Shown here piece by piece: positions 1 to 9,446 of a stretch of 20,000 nucleotides of DNA. Every line of letters begins with the position of its first letter. The stretch's first letter is position 1. The notes under the pieces are model-generated. The model made no database searches. It was not told the origin of the DNA and saw nothing but the letters and a program-made list of their open reading frames with translations. A program made the translations under genes and the position numbers. The stretch is from Lobosporangium transversale (taxonomy: Eukaryota): assembly GCF_002105155.1 (NCBI RefSeq), contig NW_019029021.1, positions 355,109 through 375,108 of the forward strand, read 5' to 3'.

Positions 1-1280
1 TCTAGAAAGTTGAGCACAAAATCCTCAAATGCTGGGGTAGGGTCTTGAGAACAAACAGTATATCGATTTATTAGCATACTTAGAAGAATGAGGCTAAATG
101 CTTTGCGTAAGTATATAGTATATAAATAAAATAATCCTACCGTTATCATTTGTCAGCAAAGACTGCATCATTAAAGCTGTTGGAGTTGATTGTGTCACTT
201 CTGCTGAAAGATATGAGGTGCATTGTATGCGTGAAGATATTTCATTACAAGGCGTTTTATCAGGCTGAGGCGTGGCAGAGACGTCAACGGTGGATAAAGA
301 ACTCTGGTGCTTAGGCTTCTTGAGCCGACGGCCCGTGCTTTGAGGCCCATTGTCATCCCAACTCTGCTGGGGGGGTCTTTTAGATGCACGCAGAGTAGAT
401 GAACTACTGTTATCCTCGACTTCAGATTCTGGTATTTCTTCAAGGTGATCTATAGCCGTGATGAAGTCAGACGAAGTGGAAGTACTTTGTTGAAACTCGC
501 GCAACGCGCTGAATGGCTCAATTACCGGAAGCTGATATATATCTCCGGTGTTGAAATCCTCGTGTCTATTCTTGGAGCAGTGATACATGATAGATTCAGC
601 AAGAGATGAAAGTGGTTGATCTATATGGTGTGAAAATGATTCTGTGTTCCCTATAATTTGAGCCACTGGCGGGAAGCGTCTATAGGAAGCACAAGTACTT
701 TGCGTTAGTCGAGTGAAAGCATTAAAAGCGAAGTAAATACAAGTTATTCCTTGAATAGTATTAATTAGACATTTCTTACATGTCTGTCAGATCTGCATTT
801 GTGATAATGGCTTTCAAGTACTCAAGTTGAGTAGATGGCACTGATCGAGTATGCTCATGCGGAGAGAATAAATATTGCGCCTCAGGGCCCTGAGGTTTTA
901 GCAGGCGAAACGCTGGAAAGTCAATACTTATAGAAGGTAAGCCCCGTAGGACTATTGAGAAGCTTAAATATGTTAGACACATAATGATATGCGAAGTTCC
1001 CCAATTAACCATTAATAGACCCTTTACCTGAGTCTGCCGACGTTATGGATGCGAGGGGTGAATATTGTAGACCTGTCTGTGCATTCATGGGCAACGAATG
1101 ACAGGGCACCGCATCATTTAGTGGGTTCTGTTCATGCAACTGTACGCTCTTTGTAGGGGACTGTCGCTGGTGCATCGGGAATGAAATGTTTGAAATAGAT
1201 GACATTGAAGATTGTTGCTGTTGCACTTGCTTTGGCTGTCGCTTAACATTCGGAAGCTGTAATTCCTGTTGCCGATCCAT
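1..1280 (-). CDS. 5' part of a spliced gene of unknown function (Q/S/P-rich, low complexity). Predicted exons 1280-1028, 951-780, 679-141, 43-<1; continues off the window.
   Basis: ATG at 1280. Three GT..AG introns (1027-952, 779-680, 140-44), with CTAAC/CTAAT branch-like motifs seen in the first and third, join ORFs 1005..1280, 776..1012 and 94..666 in frame. Exon 4 reads open (DPTPAFEDFVLNFL). No domain recognised. Confidence 0.7.
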
Positions 1281-2527
1281 TTTAAATTGGATTCATTACA
1301 ACAGCTGTGCGGAAGAATAATAAATTTCTCCGAAGGCAAGTTCTTTTAAGTGCATTTTTGAAAATTGCCACCATTTTTTTCTGTGGCTGTTACTTGCTTT
1401 GGCTTTCGCTATTTTGTAGCAGTCATTCTTATGCTTCTCTTCTCCCATAGAAAGGAGAGCACATTCCTCAAAGTTTGCGGCCTAGATTTATATGACTCGA
1501 GCTTCATGTCGACACGTACCTCGATTGAATTCAAAATTATTGCTATGCATATTTACTCGCCAATAATCGATGGATAAAACTGCTCGGGAAACTTGTAATC
1601 GTCATCTAGATCGATCATTCTACTCTTGTTTGTCAAGGTAGGCACAACTACCAAGCATCGGAGCATCAATCAATCAATATTGCCTTCATTATTCGAATTT
1701 AGCAAAATTGGAGCGGATGCCAGCCTTTTTATTACTTTCAGGCGAATCAGTATCAGCAAGGATAAATGTTTTTACCATCAATATCGGAAGAAAATGACTT
1801 CGGGATTGTAATCAGCATTGTATTATAATTTGTCTAGGGGAAAGACAAGTATAAAAGCATCCCTTTTTAATCAAGAATGTCAACATTCAAATAACTTATT
1901 GATTCCATGGCTATTATTTTTTCGATGTAAAAAAAATTAAGTGAATCAATTGGCATAGCATATCCTCCCTAAAGGCAACGGAAATTGCACCCTTTCAAGT
2001 GACCTTTAGCAAGGAGGTCTCGTTTGACAAAAAATCATACTGTCACCTCTTATGGCAGTTCACTACAACTTTCATTGTTCTGCATCCTCGATAAAGACTC
2101 GGTTTTGTCTTCCTTCTCCATGAAAGCTCCACTTGATGCCACTGTCGATAATCTCAGCCAGAAAAAGCGCTAAGTTTGAGGATGTAGATTTAGTCCGTTT
2201 TATGCTCTGAAAGGTCCCCATTCTCATTTCCAGAGAAGACATGGTTAAAATCTTTTCGCTTGAAAATTGGCTGACAGAGACGCTACTCCCGACCACGATA
2301 CTCAAAGTTGCTTTTAAGGAGCGAGTTTATCTATGCAATTATACAATCTCTACTGAAAGGTATTTTCCATTTCATCTGTTATGTCCTTTTTTTTTTTTTT
2401 TTTTTTTTTTGACGATAATTAATATTATCAGCGCTGTCTTTGCTGTACATACGCGACTTAACCAAAGCTATATTTAATGTATCCCTCCGGCTTGCTTATA
2501 CAAGAGCTTTTTCATGATCTGTTGATA

Positions 2528-2900
2528 CACTATCATGCAAAACTGAATAAATAATTCATTCCCATGTGCATTTCTTTTTTTCATTCCTAGAAACCGTATA
2601 TGCATACACCACTCATACTTTGTTTTAATAAAGCTCCCGTCTTCTTCTACGACATAGTTATGCGTTGTGACATTAGCTTGTCTCATTTAGAAAGCTAGTG
2701 ACTTTTTTATTCATTCAGCAGAGTCGCATTCAAATTTTTTTTTTGTGAATTGTGAATTGTGAAATGAAATCTATTGGCTTTGAAATGACCAATAATCTGC
2801 CAGAACTGGGTCCATTTCACAATTCAATTTTTCACCAAAAAGTTGTAAAATTGATTTGTGAAATGACTCATTTGGTCCAATGACCTTTGAAAGTGATTTT
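2528..2900 (+). repeat. Left TIR (outer 2528-2718 Tc1-like; inner 2719-2900 element-specific, with repeated TGTGAA(A/T)T motifs)
   Basis: Reverse complement of 5887-6258. The first 191 bp align without gaps to 14154-14344. Confidence 0.95.
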
Positions 2901-2969
2901 CTCTTTTTTTTTTTCTTTTTCTTTCTTTCTTTCTTTTTCCCTTTCACGCAACACACACATAGAAAAGAA

Positions 2970-4584
2970 ATGGTCGCATACCTTTTACAACGGTATCAAC
3001 CCTTTGATCTCTCCCACGCCTTCAAATGCAACAATTACCTCTGTTTCTGAACGTCCAATAATTGTTGATGCCACTCATCAGCGACAGTTCCCTTACGTAG
3101 CCGCCCAGAACTATCAATACCAGCAGCAGCAACAAAACCTTCAAGGAAAGGGTTCTCAGGAACTTTACAATATTTATCCCCAATCTGTGATGCCCAATTT
3201 GCGACACCACCCTCAGCCAACTCAATCTGAGCAAAGTTCAAAACGTCCAAGGGAAGAACTGCAACAGACTTCTTATTCTCAACTTAGACCAATCTCAGCC
3301 ATCCCACCATTGACATTAACTACACCTTTGAATACGAATCGCTCAATTGCAATTACACCTCCACCAATTACTTCTCAAGTACAACCTGGATCTCGTGCAA
3401 GATCTTCCACAACTCATGCTTCCTCTGCCTCTGCTTCGAAAGCTAAGGCAGCGACTAGAGGCCCTGGGAGCTTTTGGACCGCAGATGGGATGGATGCCTT
3501 TGTGGATTGGATAACTGACCCCCACAACTATGAAAAATTGCAAAGAGTACGGACAGTATCTGGTCAAAAGAAGGCCGACGTGCATACCGCTATTGCTGAA
3601 TACGTAAACGGGGTTGCCGGAACTGATTGGACTCAAAAGATTGTAAGGAACAAGATTGAATATGTAAAGAAGAAATATGACCAAGCCAAGGCCCTTGCAG
3701 ACCAAACTGGTGGTGGAGATACGGAGAATTTAGCAGACCTTCGAAGGCAAATGATGGAAATATGTCCTGAATACGACCGATTCCACGCTGTTTGGGGAAG
3801 CTCATTAGCGAGGAACCCTCCTCCTCTCATGCAGTCATGTAGACGTGTCATTGATGATTCCTCAGAAAGAGAGTCATCTCCTGAGACAACTCTCGACTCT
3901 GAAGATGACGGCCAGGAAGATGACGGCAATGAAGGCGGATTTGTTATTAATGGTAAGAAACTTAATGTCTGTTTACATTGCTAATTTTAGTCATACCCGA
4001 TATCTAATTCAAATTCATCAATTCTATCTATAAAAGACTTGCTTCAAGTTAACGACGAAGATACAAGAGACCGAGTACCGAAGCGTCGAAGGAAAGCAAA
4101 ACTTAGTGAAAAAGATGCTTTTGTTCAAAGTACTGTGTCTACTTTACAAACGCAAGTCGACCTCGCCGCATCTACGAGATACAATGCATGGAATGACAGC
4201 ATGAAAGAGCGAGAGAGAGCTATGCTAGATAGGGAACGAAATTTTGAAGCTATGCTGAAACAACGGGCGCAGGATTTTGAAACACTATTGAAAGGAAGAA
4301 GAGATGAATTCGAAAAAGAAAAGGAGATATACAAAAAAGACTTTGAAAAAGAAAAAGAGATACAAAAAAAAGACTTTGAAAAAGAAAAACAGATACAAAA
4401 AGAGGAAGCAGAGAGGATAATGGAACGTCGAATGAAAATGTTGGACGAGGAAAAAAAAGAGATGATGGAGTTTAGAAAAGAAAGGGATCAGCTTCTTCAA
4501 GAGCTAGCGTCTCTAAAGAAAGAGGTGGAGTTGTGTTGTAGGAACAACAACAACAACAAGCATGGACAATCGCACGGTTTATAA
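2970..4584 (+). CDS. Harbinger ORF1-type Myb/SANT-like (trihelix) DNA-binding protein with a C-terminal coiled coil; intron 3953-4036; start uncertain
   Basis: WTADGMDAFVDWI..NY..IAEYVN..W..KIVRNKI..KKKY..A..TGGG..CPEY resembles Myb/SANT-like domains. A GTAAG..AAG intron joins ORFs 2887..3984 and 4039..4584 in frame. The ATG at 2970 is one base out of frame; the next in-frame ATG is near 3190. Confidence 0.75.
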
Positions 4585-5849
4585 ACGCGACAATATATGC
4601 ATTTTAATAAAACCTTTGAGGCTATCGTCTGTATACGTCTGTATAAAACCCATCGCATAAGCTTATTCCTTCTTCTATTACCTTCTTGTTGTTGGGGATC
4701 TAGTTCTTCTACATCTTCAGGCACATCTCCAGGAACTAATGGCTCGTTGAGGATCTGTTCTTCCGTAATGTCTTCTTGGGCATCTTTCCGCAAGAAATTA
4801 TGTAAAACGACACACGCCATGATCCACATTGATGCCCTATTAATACGCCTTCGCTTGTCGATCCTTACAGGCAAACTTTGAAGGGATTGGAACTTGAGTT
4901 TTAACATACCAAACGCGTGCTCGATCTTGACCCTTGCTCTTCCATGGAGCGAGTTGAATCTTTTCTGATCACCTTGTGCATTCCTATAGCGCGGGATCAC
5001 TGTTGCAGACGCAGCATAAGCGGCATCAGCAAGTATATATTCTTTTCCTTGGAAGAACTCGCCTGGATTCCGGTGCAGCTCCGTGCTCCTGTATGCTGTC
5101 GAGTCATGCATAGACCCGATGTAGCCAGTAGCGAAAAATATGAAGCGACCTAAATGATCACTTACAGCTGTAGCGCCTACCTCATAGTTGCACTTTCGGG
5201 TAATCCACGCTCCTGTATCAAAATTTGGGGCCGAGGACAGTGGGAAACAAACTCCATCGACAGCCCCAAGCATATGTGGGAAGCCTTTGTTTTCTTTAAA
5301 CCATTTCAAAATCTCAAGTTTTTCCTCTATGTCAGGCCACACCACGAACTGTTCTACGAGATTATTAATGGCTTTGATACACCTCCAGGTGTAAGAGTGA
5401 ACAGCGCCGACACTGCAACCAAAAACCCAAGCAACCTTCTTGATCGATATTCCTTTTGTTCCAAGGCGAAATAGGGTAACCTTTAGCTGGATCTTGATAT
5501 TGGCTAAAGGATCGCCGGTTTTTCGGAGCTGAAACAGAGGAGCCCTGCCAAGGATCTCGGCCAGCTCTTGGAATTGTTCCGGCGTCAAACGTATGATACC
5601 AGAATAGTCCTCTGCGTTGTATGCATCGAGGACTCTGTCTCGTAATTCTGTCGAATATGGTTTTCGACAGCGAGGACGCAGATATCTGTTCCTGTACATA
5701 AAAGACAGGATGTTGGCATAAGTTTCCAGTTGGAATAAGTCAGCGTCGTCTCCATTCTCGACCTGCCGCCTTACTTCCTCCACAGCCCTCAAGAATCTTT
5801 GCTCAATTGCATCTGTCAAGCGTTGGTTTCGAGTGCGAATAGTAGGCAT
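4497..5849 (-). CDS. PIF/Harbinger (HARBI1-like, DDE_Tnp_4) transposase, open reading frame
   Basis: Motifs GAVDG, GSMHDS, YILADAAY, FNSLHGRARVKIEHAFGMLK, ACVVLHNF, and an N-terminal HTH-like region (QLKVTLFRLG..IKKVAWVFGCSVGAV). ATG at 5849. Confidence 0.92.
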   Translation of the reverse strand: MPTIRTRNQRLTDAIEQRFLRAVEEVRRQVENGDDADLFQLETYANILSFMYRNRYLRPRCRKPYSTELRDRVLDAYNAEDYSGIIRLTPEQFQELAEILGRAPLFQLRKTGDPLANIKIQLKVTLFRLGTKGISIKKVAWVFGCSVGAVHSYTWRCIKAINNLVEQFVVWPDIEEKLEILKWFKENKGFPHMLGAVDGVCFPLSSAPNFDTGAWITRKCNYEVGATAVSDHLGRFIFFATGYIGSMHDSTAYRSTELHRNPGEFFQGKEYILADAAYAASATVIPRYRNAQGDQKRFNSLHGRARVKIEHAFGMLKLKFQSLQSLPVRIDKRRRINRASMWIMACVVLHNFLRKDAQEDITEEQILNEPLVPGDVPEDVEELDPQQQEGNRRRNKLMRWVLYRRIQTIASKVLLKCIYCRVYKPCDCPCLLLLLFLQHNSTSFFRDASS

Positions 5850-5886
5850 TTTATCAAAGGAAAAGGGGAGAGGATAAAAAAGGGGC

Positions 5887-6258
5887 AAAATCACTTTCAA
5901 AGGTCATTGGACCAAATGAGTCATTTCACAATCAATTTTACAACTTTTTGGTGAAAAATTGAATTGTGAAATGGACCCAGTTCTGGCAGATTATTGGTCA
6001 TTTCAAAGCCAATAGATTTCATTTCACAATTCACAATTCACAAAAAAAAAATTTGAATGCGACTCTGCTGAATGAATAAAAAAGTCACTAGCTTTCTAAA
6101 TGAGACAAGCTAATGTCACAACGCATAACTACGACGTAGAAGAAGATGGGAGCTTTATTAAAGCAAAGTATGAGTGGTGTATGCATATACGGTTTCTAGG
6201 AATGAAAAAAAGAAATGCACATGGGAATGAGTTATTTATTCAGTTTTGCATGATAGTG
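5887..6258 (-). repeat. Right TIR of the composite element
   Basis: Reverse complement of 2528-2900. Confidence 0.95.
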
Positions 6259-6330
6259 TATAACTCCTAAGCTTTCCTTGACCCTTGATCCTGTTCCTAT
6301 ATCGCCTATTCCTCTACCTATTCCTCTGCC

Positions 6331-6428
6331 CAGTGCTCCTATTCGAACTGAAATTTTGTCAATTGATATTTATTTTTTTAATCTGAATCATCATAATTGA
6401 CAAAATTTCAGTTTGAATAGGAGCACTG
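6331..6428. mobile_element. 98-bp hAT-family MITE
   Basis: About 34-bp TIRs starting CAGTGCTCCTATTC, with a perfect 8-bp TSD CCTCTGCC (6323-6330, 6429-6436). The first 11 bp are identical to the termini of the hAT at 11540-17202. Confidence 0.9.
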
Positions 6429-6487
6429 CCTCTGCCTAGTCTGGAAAAGGTTATTCTGCCTTGCCCTAAGCCTAGGTTCCCGACAAC

Positions 6488-6527
6488 CAGTGGTATTCGA
6501 TTCGAATGGTTCGAATAAGGAGCACTG
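6488..6527. mobile_element. 40-bp hAT-end remnant
   Basis: CAGTG..ATTCGATTCGAAT..TTCGAATAAGGAGCACTG: carries the same terminal and subterminal ATTCGA motifs as the hAT. No TSD. Confidence 0.5.
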
Positions 6528-6549
6528 GTTATAGTAGGCTGCGAGAGAC

Positions 6550-6635
6550 TGTAATAGGTAGTGAAGACAAAAGGTGATTTTATTATAAATATTAAAAGAA
6601 GCCTTTTTATAGGCTTAAGGCTATATACTGTTACA
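6550..6635 (-). repeat. 86-bp 3' LTR of Gypsy element 1
   Basis: TGTAA..TTACA termini, directly after a purine tract (GGGAAGG on the minus strand, 6636-6642) and the pol stop at 6655. Contains TATAAAA and AATAAA. Homologous to 18165-18252. Confidence 0.8.
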
Positions 6636-6654
6636 CCTTCCCATTTTAAAAAAA

Positions 6655-9227
6655 TTATAGTCTATGTGCTTTCTTGTACTTCTTAAGCATCATGGTGCAG
6701 TTGGTAAGAGTACTTTGTGGTTGCCAAGTAGAGTCTTCTCTGGGATAGCCCTTCCACTTGATGAGGAATTCCTGGCGGTTGTTGCTGATTCGATGATCTA
6801 AAATGGCTTCTACCTCGTATTCTTCTTCATCCTCGATGATCTCAGGAGACGGCCGTGCTGGTACTCTAGGCCCTAAGGCCTCTGGTGATGGGATAAATTT
6901 TTTAAAACGGTCTACATGGAACACATCATGAATCTTCATCGTGCTTGGAAGCTCCAATCGGAATGATACAGGCGAGATTTGTTCAACGATGGTATGAGGT
7001 CCAGCGAATAAAGCTCGGAGCTTTTGTGTCGGCCTGTTTTTCTCAGCATCATTGGTAATATCGTCTGTGTTGAGTAGTACTTGGTCTCCAACTGCGAATG
7101 AGTGGTCACTCCTGCGAGCGTTTGCTCTTTTGCCTGTCTCTCCCTTGCTTCTTCCAGGGCCTCCTTTGCCAATATAAGCGCCTCGCTCTGAGATTCTACA
7201 AAGTCTTTGACACAAGGGTTTGATGAGGGGTGCAGAGTAGACTGTAGTAAAGATGCTGGAACGCGCGGGTTGAATCCGGCATTCAAGAAAAAAGGAGAAA
7301 ATCCAGTTGATGCGTTGACCGAGTTGGTGTAGGCAAATTCTGCATCGGAAAGCAATAAGTCCCAATGGGTTTGTCGCTGGTCGACAAAGGCACGGAGGAT
7401 CGACTCCAAGGTCTGATTGGCTCGCTCTGTCTGACCATCAGTCTACGGATGAAATGCTGTAGAAGGGCAAGTTTGCAACCCATGAGACGGTGTAGTTCTT
7501 GCCAGAACTTACTAGTAAATTTTGTATCACGATCCGAGACAATGGTAGTGGGCATACCATGGAGCCTGAATACGTTGTCAAAGAAGATCCTTGCCACGTC
7601 CGAGGCCTTGTCCTTGGTGGTGCTGGCAACAAAGTGTACTTGCTTGGAAAGTTTATCAACGAACACTGTGATGGCGTCGAAACCTCTGGGGGTCTTGGGG
7701 AGCTTGACTATAAAATCCATTGTCACGGTTTCCCAGCGTTCTTTTGGGATAGAGAGAGGGTTGAGTAGGCCTGCGGGGTGCTGATGGCTGGCCTTGTTGC
7801 GTTGGCAGCTTTCACAGGTTTGGACATAGGTACGAGTATCACGAGCAATCCTAGGCCAGAACACATAGCGGCGGAGAGTATCATAGGTTTTGTCAAAGCC
7901 AAGATGGCCAGCTATGGCAGAGTCATGAGCATCATGGAGGAGTGCAAGGCGAATATCAGACTTTTGTGGGATACAGACAACATTTGTTCCGCGGCGTAAG
8001 ACACATAGAAGGCCATCATGAAGCGAGTAGCGAGGCGGAGGGCGTTTTTCAAGGCAGCCTCTGTATATCAGTGCTAGTTTTGGATCGTCAGCATAGCTGT
8101 CAATCAGACGTTGCTTTAGGCTTGGCTCCAGTTCGATCGCGAGTGACTTGACAGAAATGGATGGCGGATCTTGGTGATCTGGTCGTCTCGAAAGTGCATC
8201 TGGAACAATGTTATCAGATCCACGCTTGTACTTGAAATCAAAATCATATTCCTGGAGTAGCTCCATCCAGCGCGCTTGCCGCCGTGTTAATTTGGGTTGT
8301 GTTGGAAAGTGACGCAAGGTAGCGTGGTCGGTGTATACCACGAAGTGAGTGCCATCGAGGTAATAACGCCAGGTCCTTAGTGCATGAACGACTGCTAATA
8401 ATTCTTGCTCATGTGATGGGTAATTCTTCTCGGCTGAACTTAGTTTCTTGGATGTTGTTGCATATTTCAGTATGCAATATAATAATGGTTCGACTAAAAA
8501 AACTAGGAAGATCTTAAAAAAACATACTAGAGAAATTTCAGAAATAGTACGATAAAAAATAAAACTAGCAGTAGAAACTAGTGGCAATAAAGCGTCACAC
8601 TAAGACGCGACAAATCTTTGACATGAGAACCCATGCTGTCTTATAGATAGATATGTAGTTATCTGGTACAAGCCCCTCTACCAGAAATGAATAAAGAATC
8701 CATGGGTGTGGTGTGTGGACCCACATCTTATTCTCACTTACTTTTTCTACTGTTACTATCTATCTGAAAATATTTTTCAGATGTAAACGCTACTGGGCGG
8801 GACTCTCCATGCTCATCTGTTTGAAATAATACAGCACCAATAGCGAATCCCGAGGCATCCGTCTCTACTGTGGTGGTTAGGTCAGGGTCAAATATTGTGA
8901 GCACAGGGGCCTTGGTTATGGCATTTTTCAAGGTAGCAAATGCGCGCTCTTTTTCTTCATCCCAAGAAAAAGTGGCACTGTCACCTAAGAGAGCAGTCAA
9001 GGGTAAGGCAATAGTGGTGAAGTCACGAATGTGCTGCTAATAGAACTGAGCAAGGCCAATAAACTGTTGTACATCTCTCTGCTTGGTGGGCTGAGGCCAC
9101 TCCTTGATAGCCTTGACATGACCAGCGCTTGTCTTGATGCCGTCTTTACAAACAACATGCCCTAGGAATTCAGTTTCTTATTGCATAAAGGAGCACTTGC
9201 TAAGTTTGGCATAGAGACGATTCTTCC
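6655..9227 (-). pseudogene. Gypsy element 1 (chromovirus) pol, 5'-truncated: RT C-terminus, RNase H, integrase, chromodomain
   Basis: LYAKLSKCSF..FLGH (RT); ETDASGFAIGAVL and YTDH (RNase H); HDAH..GHLG..C..C, MDF, VSDRD (integrase); YEVEAILDHR..IKWKGY..TW (chromodomain). In-frame stops near 9040 and 9180, frameshifts near 7460 and 7120, and a solo-LTR insertion. Confidence 0.93.
8456..8779. mobile_element. 324-bp solo LTR inserted in the RNase H domain
   Basis: TGTTG..TTTCA termini with a 5-bp TSD GATGT (8451-8455, 8780-8784). Removing it restores RPVAFTS-KKLSSAEKNY. Confidence 0.85.
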
Positions 9228-9422
9228 TGCAAAAGTCAAGGTAGTGTTCTAGGGGGATCTAAGGGTGCAATAAAGGTATCTTTATTCAGGGGGAACTATG
9301 CTACAGAACTAGATAGAAAAGTAGACCTATTTATACTAGTTAATGTCCTGTTGCAAGGAATGCTCTAGAAATATGGGCGAAATACTATGTTGCACAAAAT
9401 TATTATAGTGATTTCGCTTGCA
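9228..9422 (-). repeat. 195-bp 3' LTR of Gypsy element 2
   Basis: TGCAA..TTGCA termini. Follows a purine tract (GGGAAGGA, 9423-9430 minus) and the pol stop at 9447. TATAAATA and AATAAA on the minus strand. Interrupts the RT of element 1. Confidence 0.7.
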
Positions 9423-9446
9423 TCCTTCCCGTCATGAAGAAACCTA

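Larger units (their letters stand above)
2528..6258. mobile_element. Composite DNA transposon: Tc1-like outer TIRs around a PIF/Harbinger-type core
   Basis: Inverted repeats at 2528-2900 and 5887-6258 (5 substitutions and 1 indel). Termini CACTATC..GATAGTG, flanked by TA at 2526-2527 and 6259-6260. Encloses two convergent Harbinger-type genes. Confidence 0.9.

Noticed and set aside
1980..2330. Possible decayed coding sequence on the minus strand
   Set aside because: One frame looks coding-like but has several stops and no recognisable motif, so no call can be supported.
2474..2686. Similar small ORFs (MRQANVTTH..) here and at 14025-14312
   Set aside because: They are translations of the shared non-coding TIR. 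They support the TIR homology but are not genes.
4597..5474. Antisense ORFs over the transposase (and similarly over pol, gag and Tc1)
   Set aside because: Shadow ORFs of well-supported genes on the opposite strand.
6261..6487. CCTATTCCTCT-type repeats, possibly another LTR fragment
   Set aside because: No clear termini, TSD or second copy in the window.
8456..8587. Hydrophobic N-terminus of ORF 7283..8587 as a signal peptide or env-like segment
   Set aside because: It is read-through of the AT-rich solo LTR inserted in RNase H.
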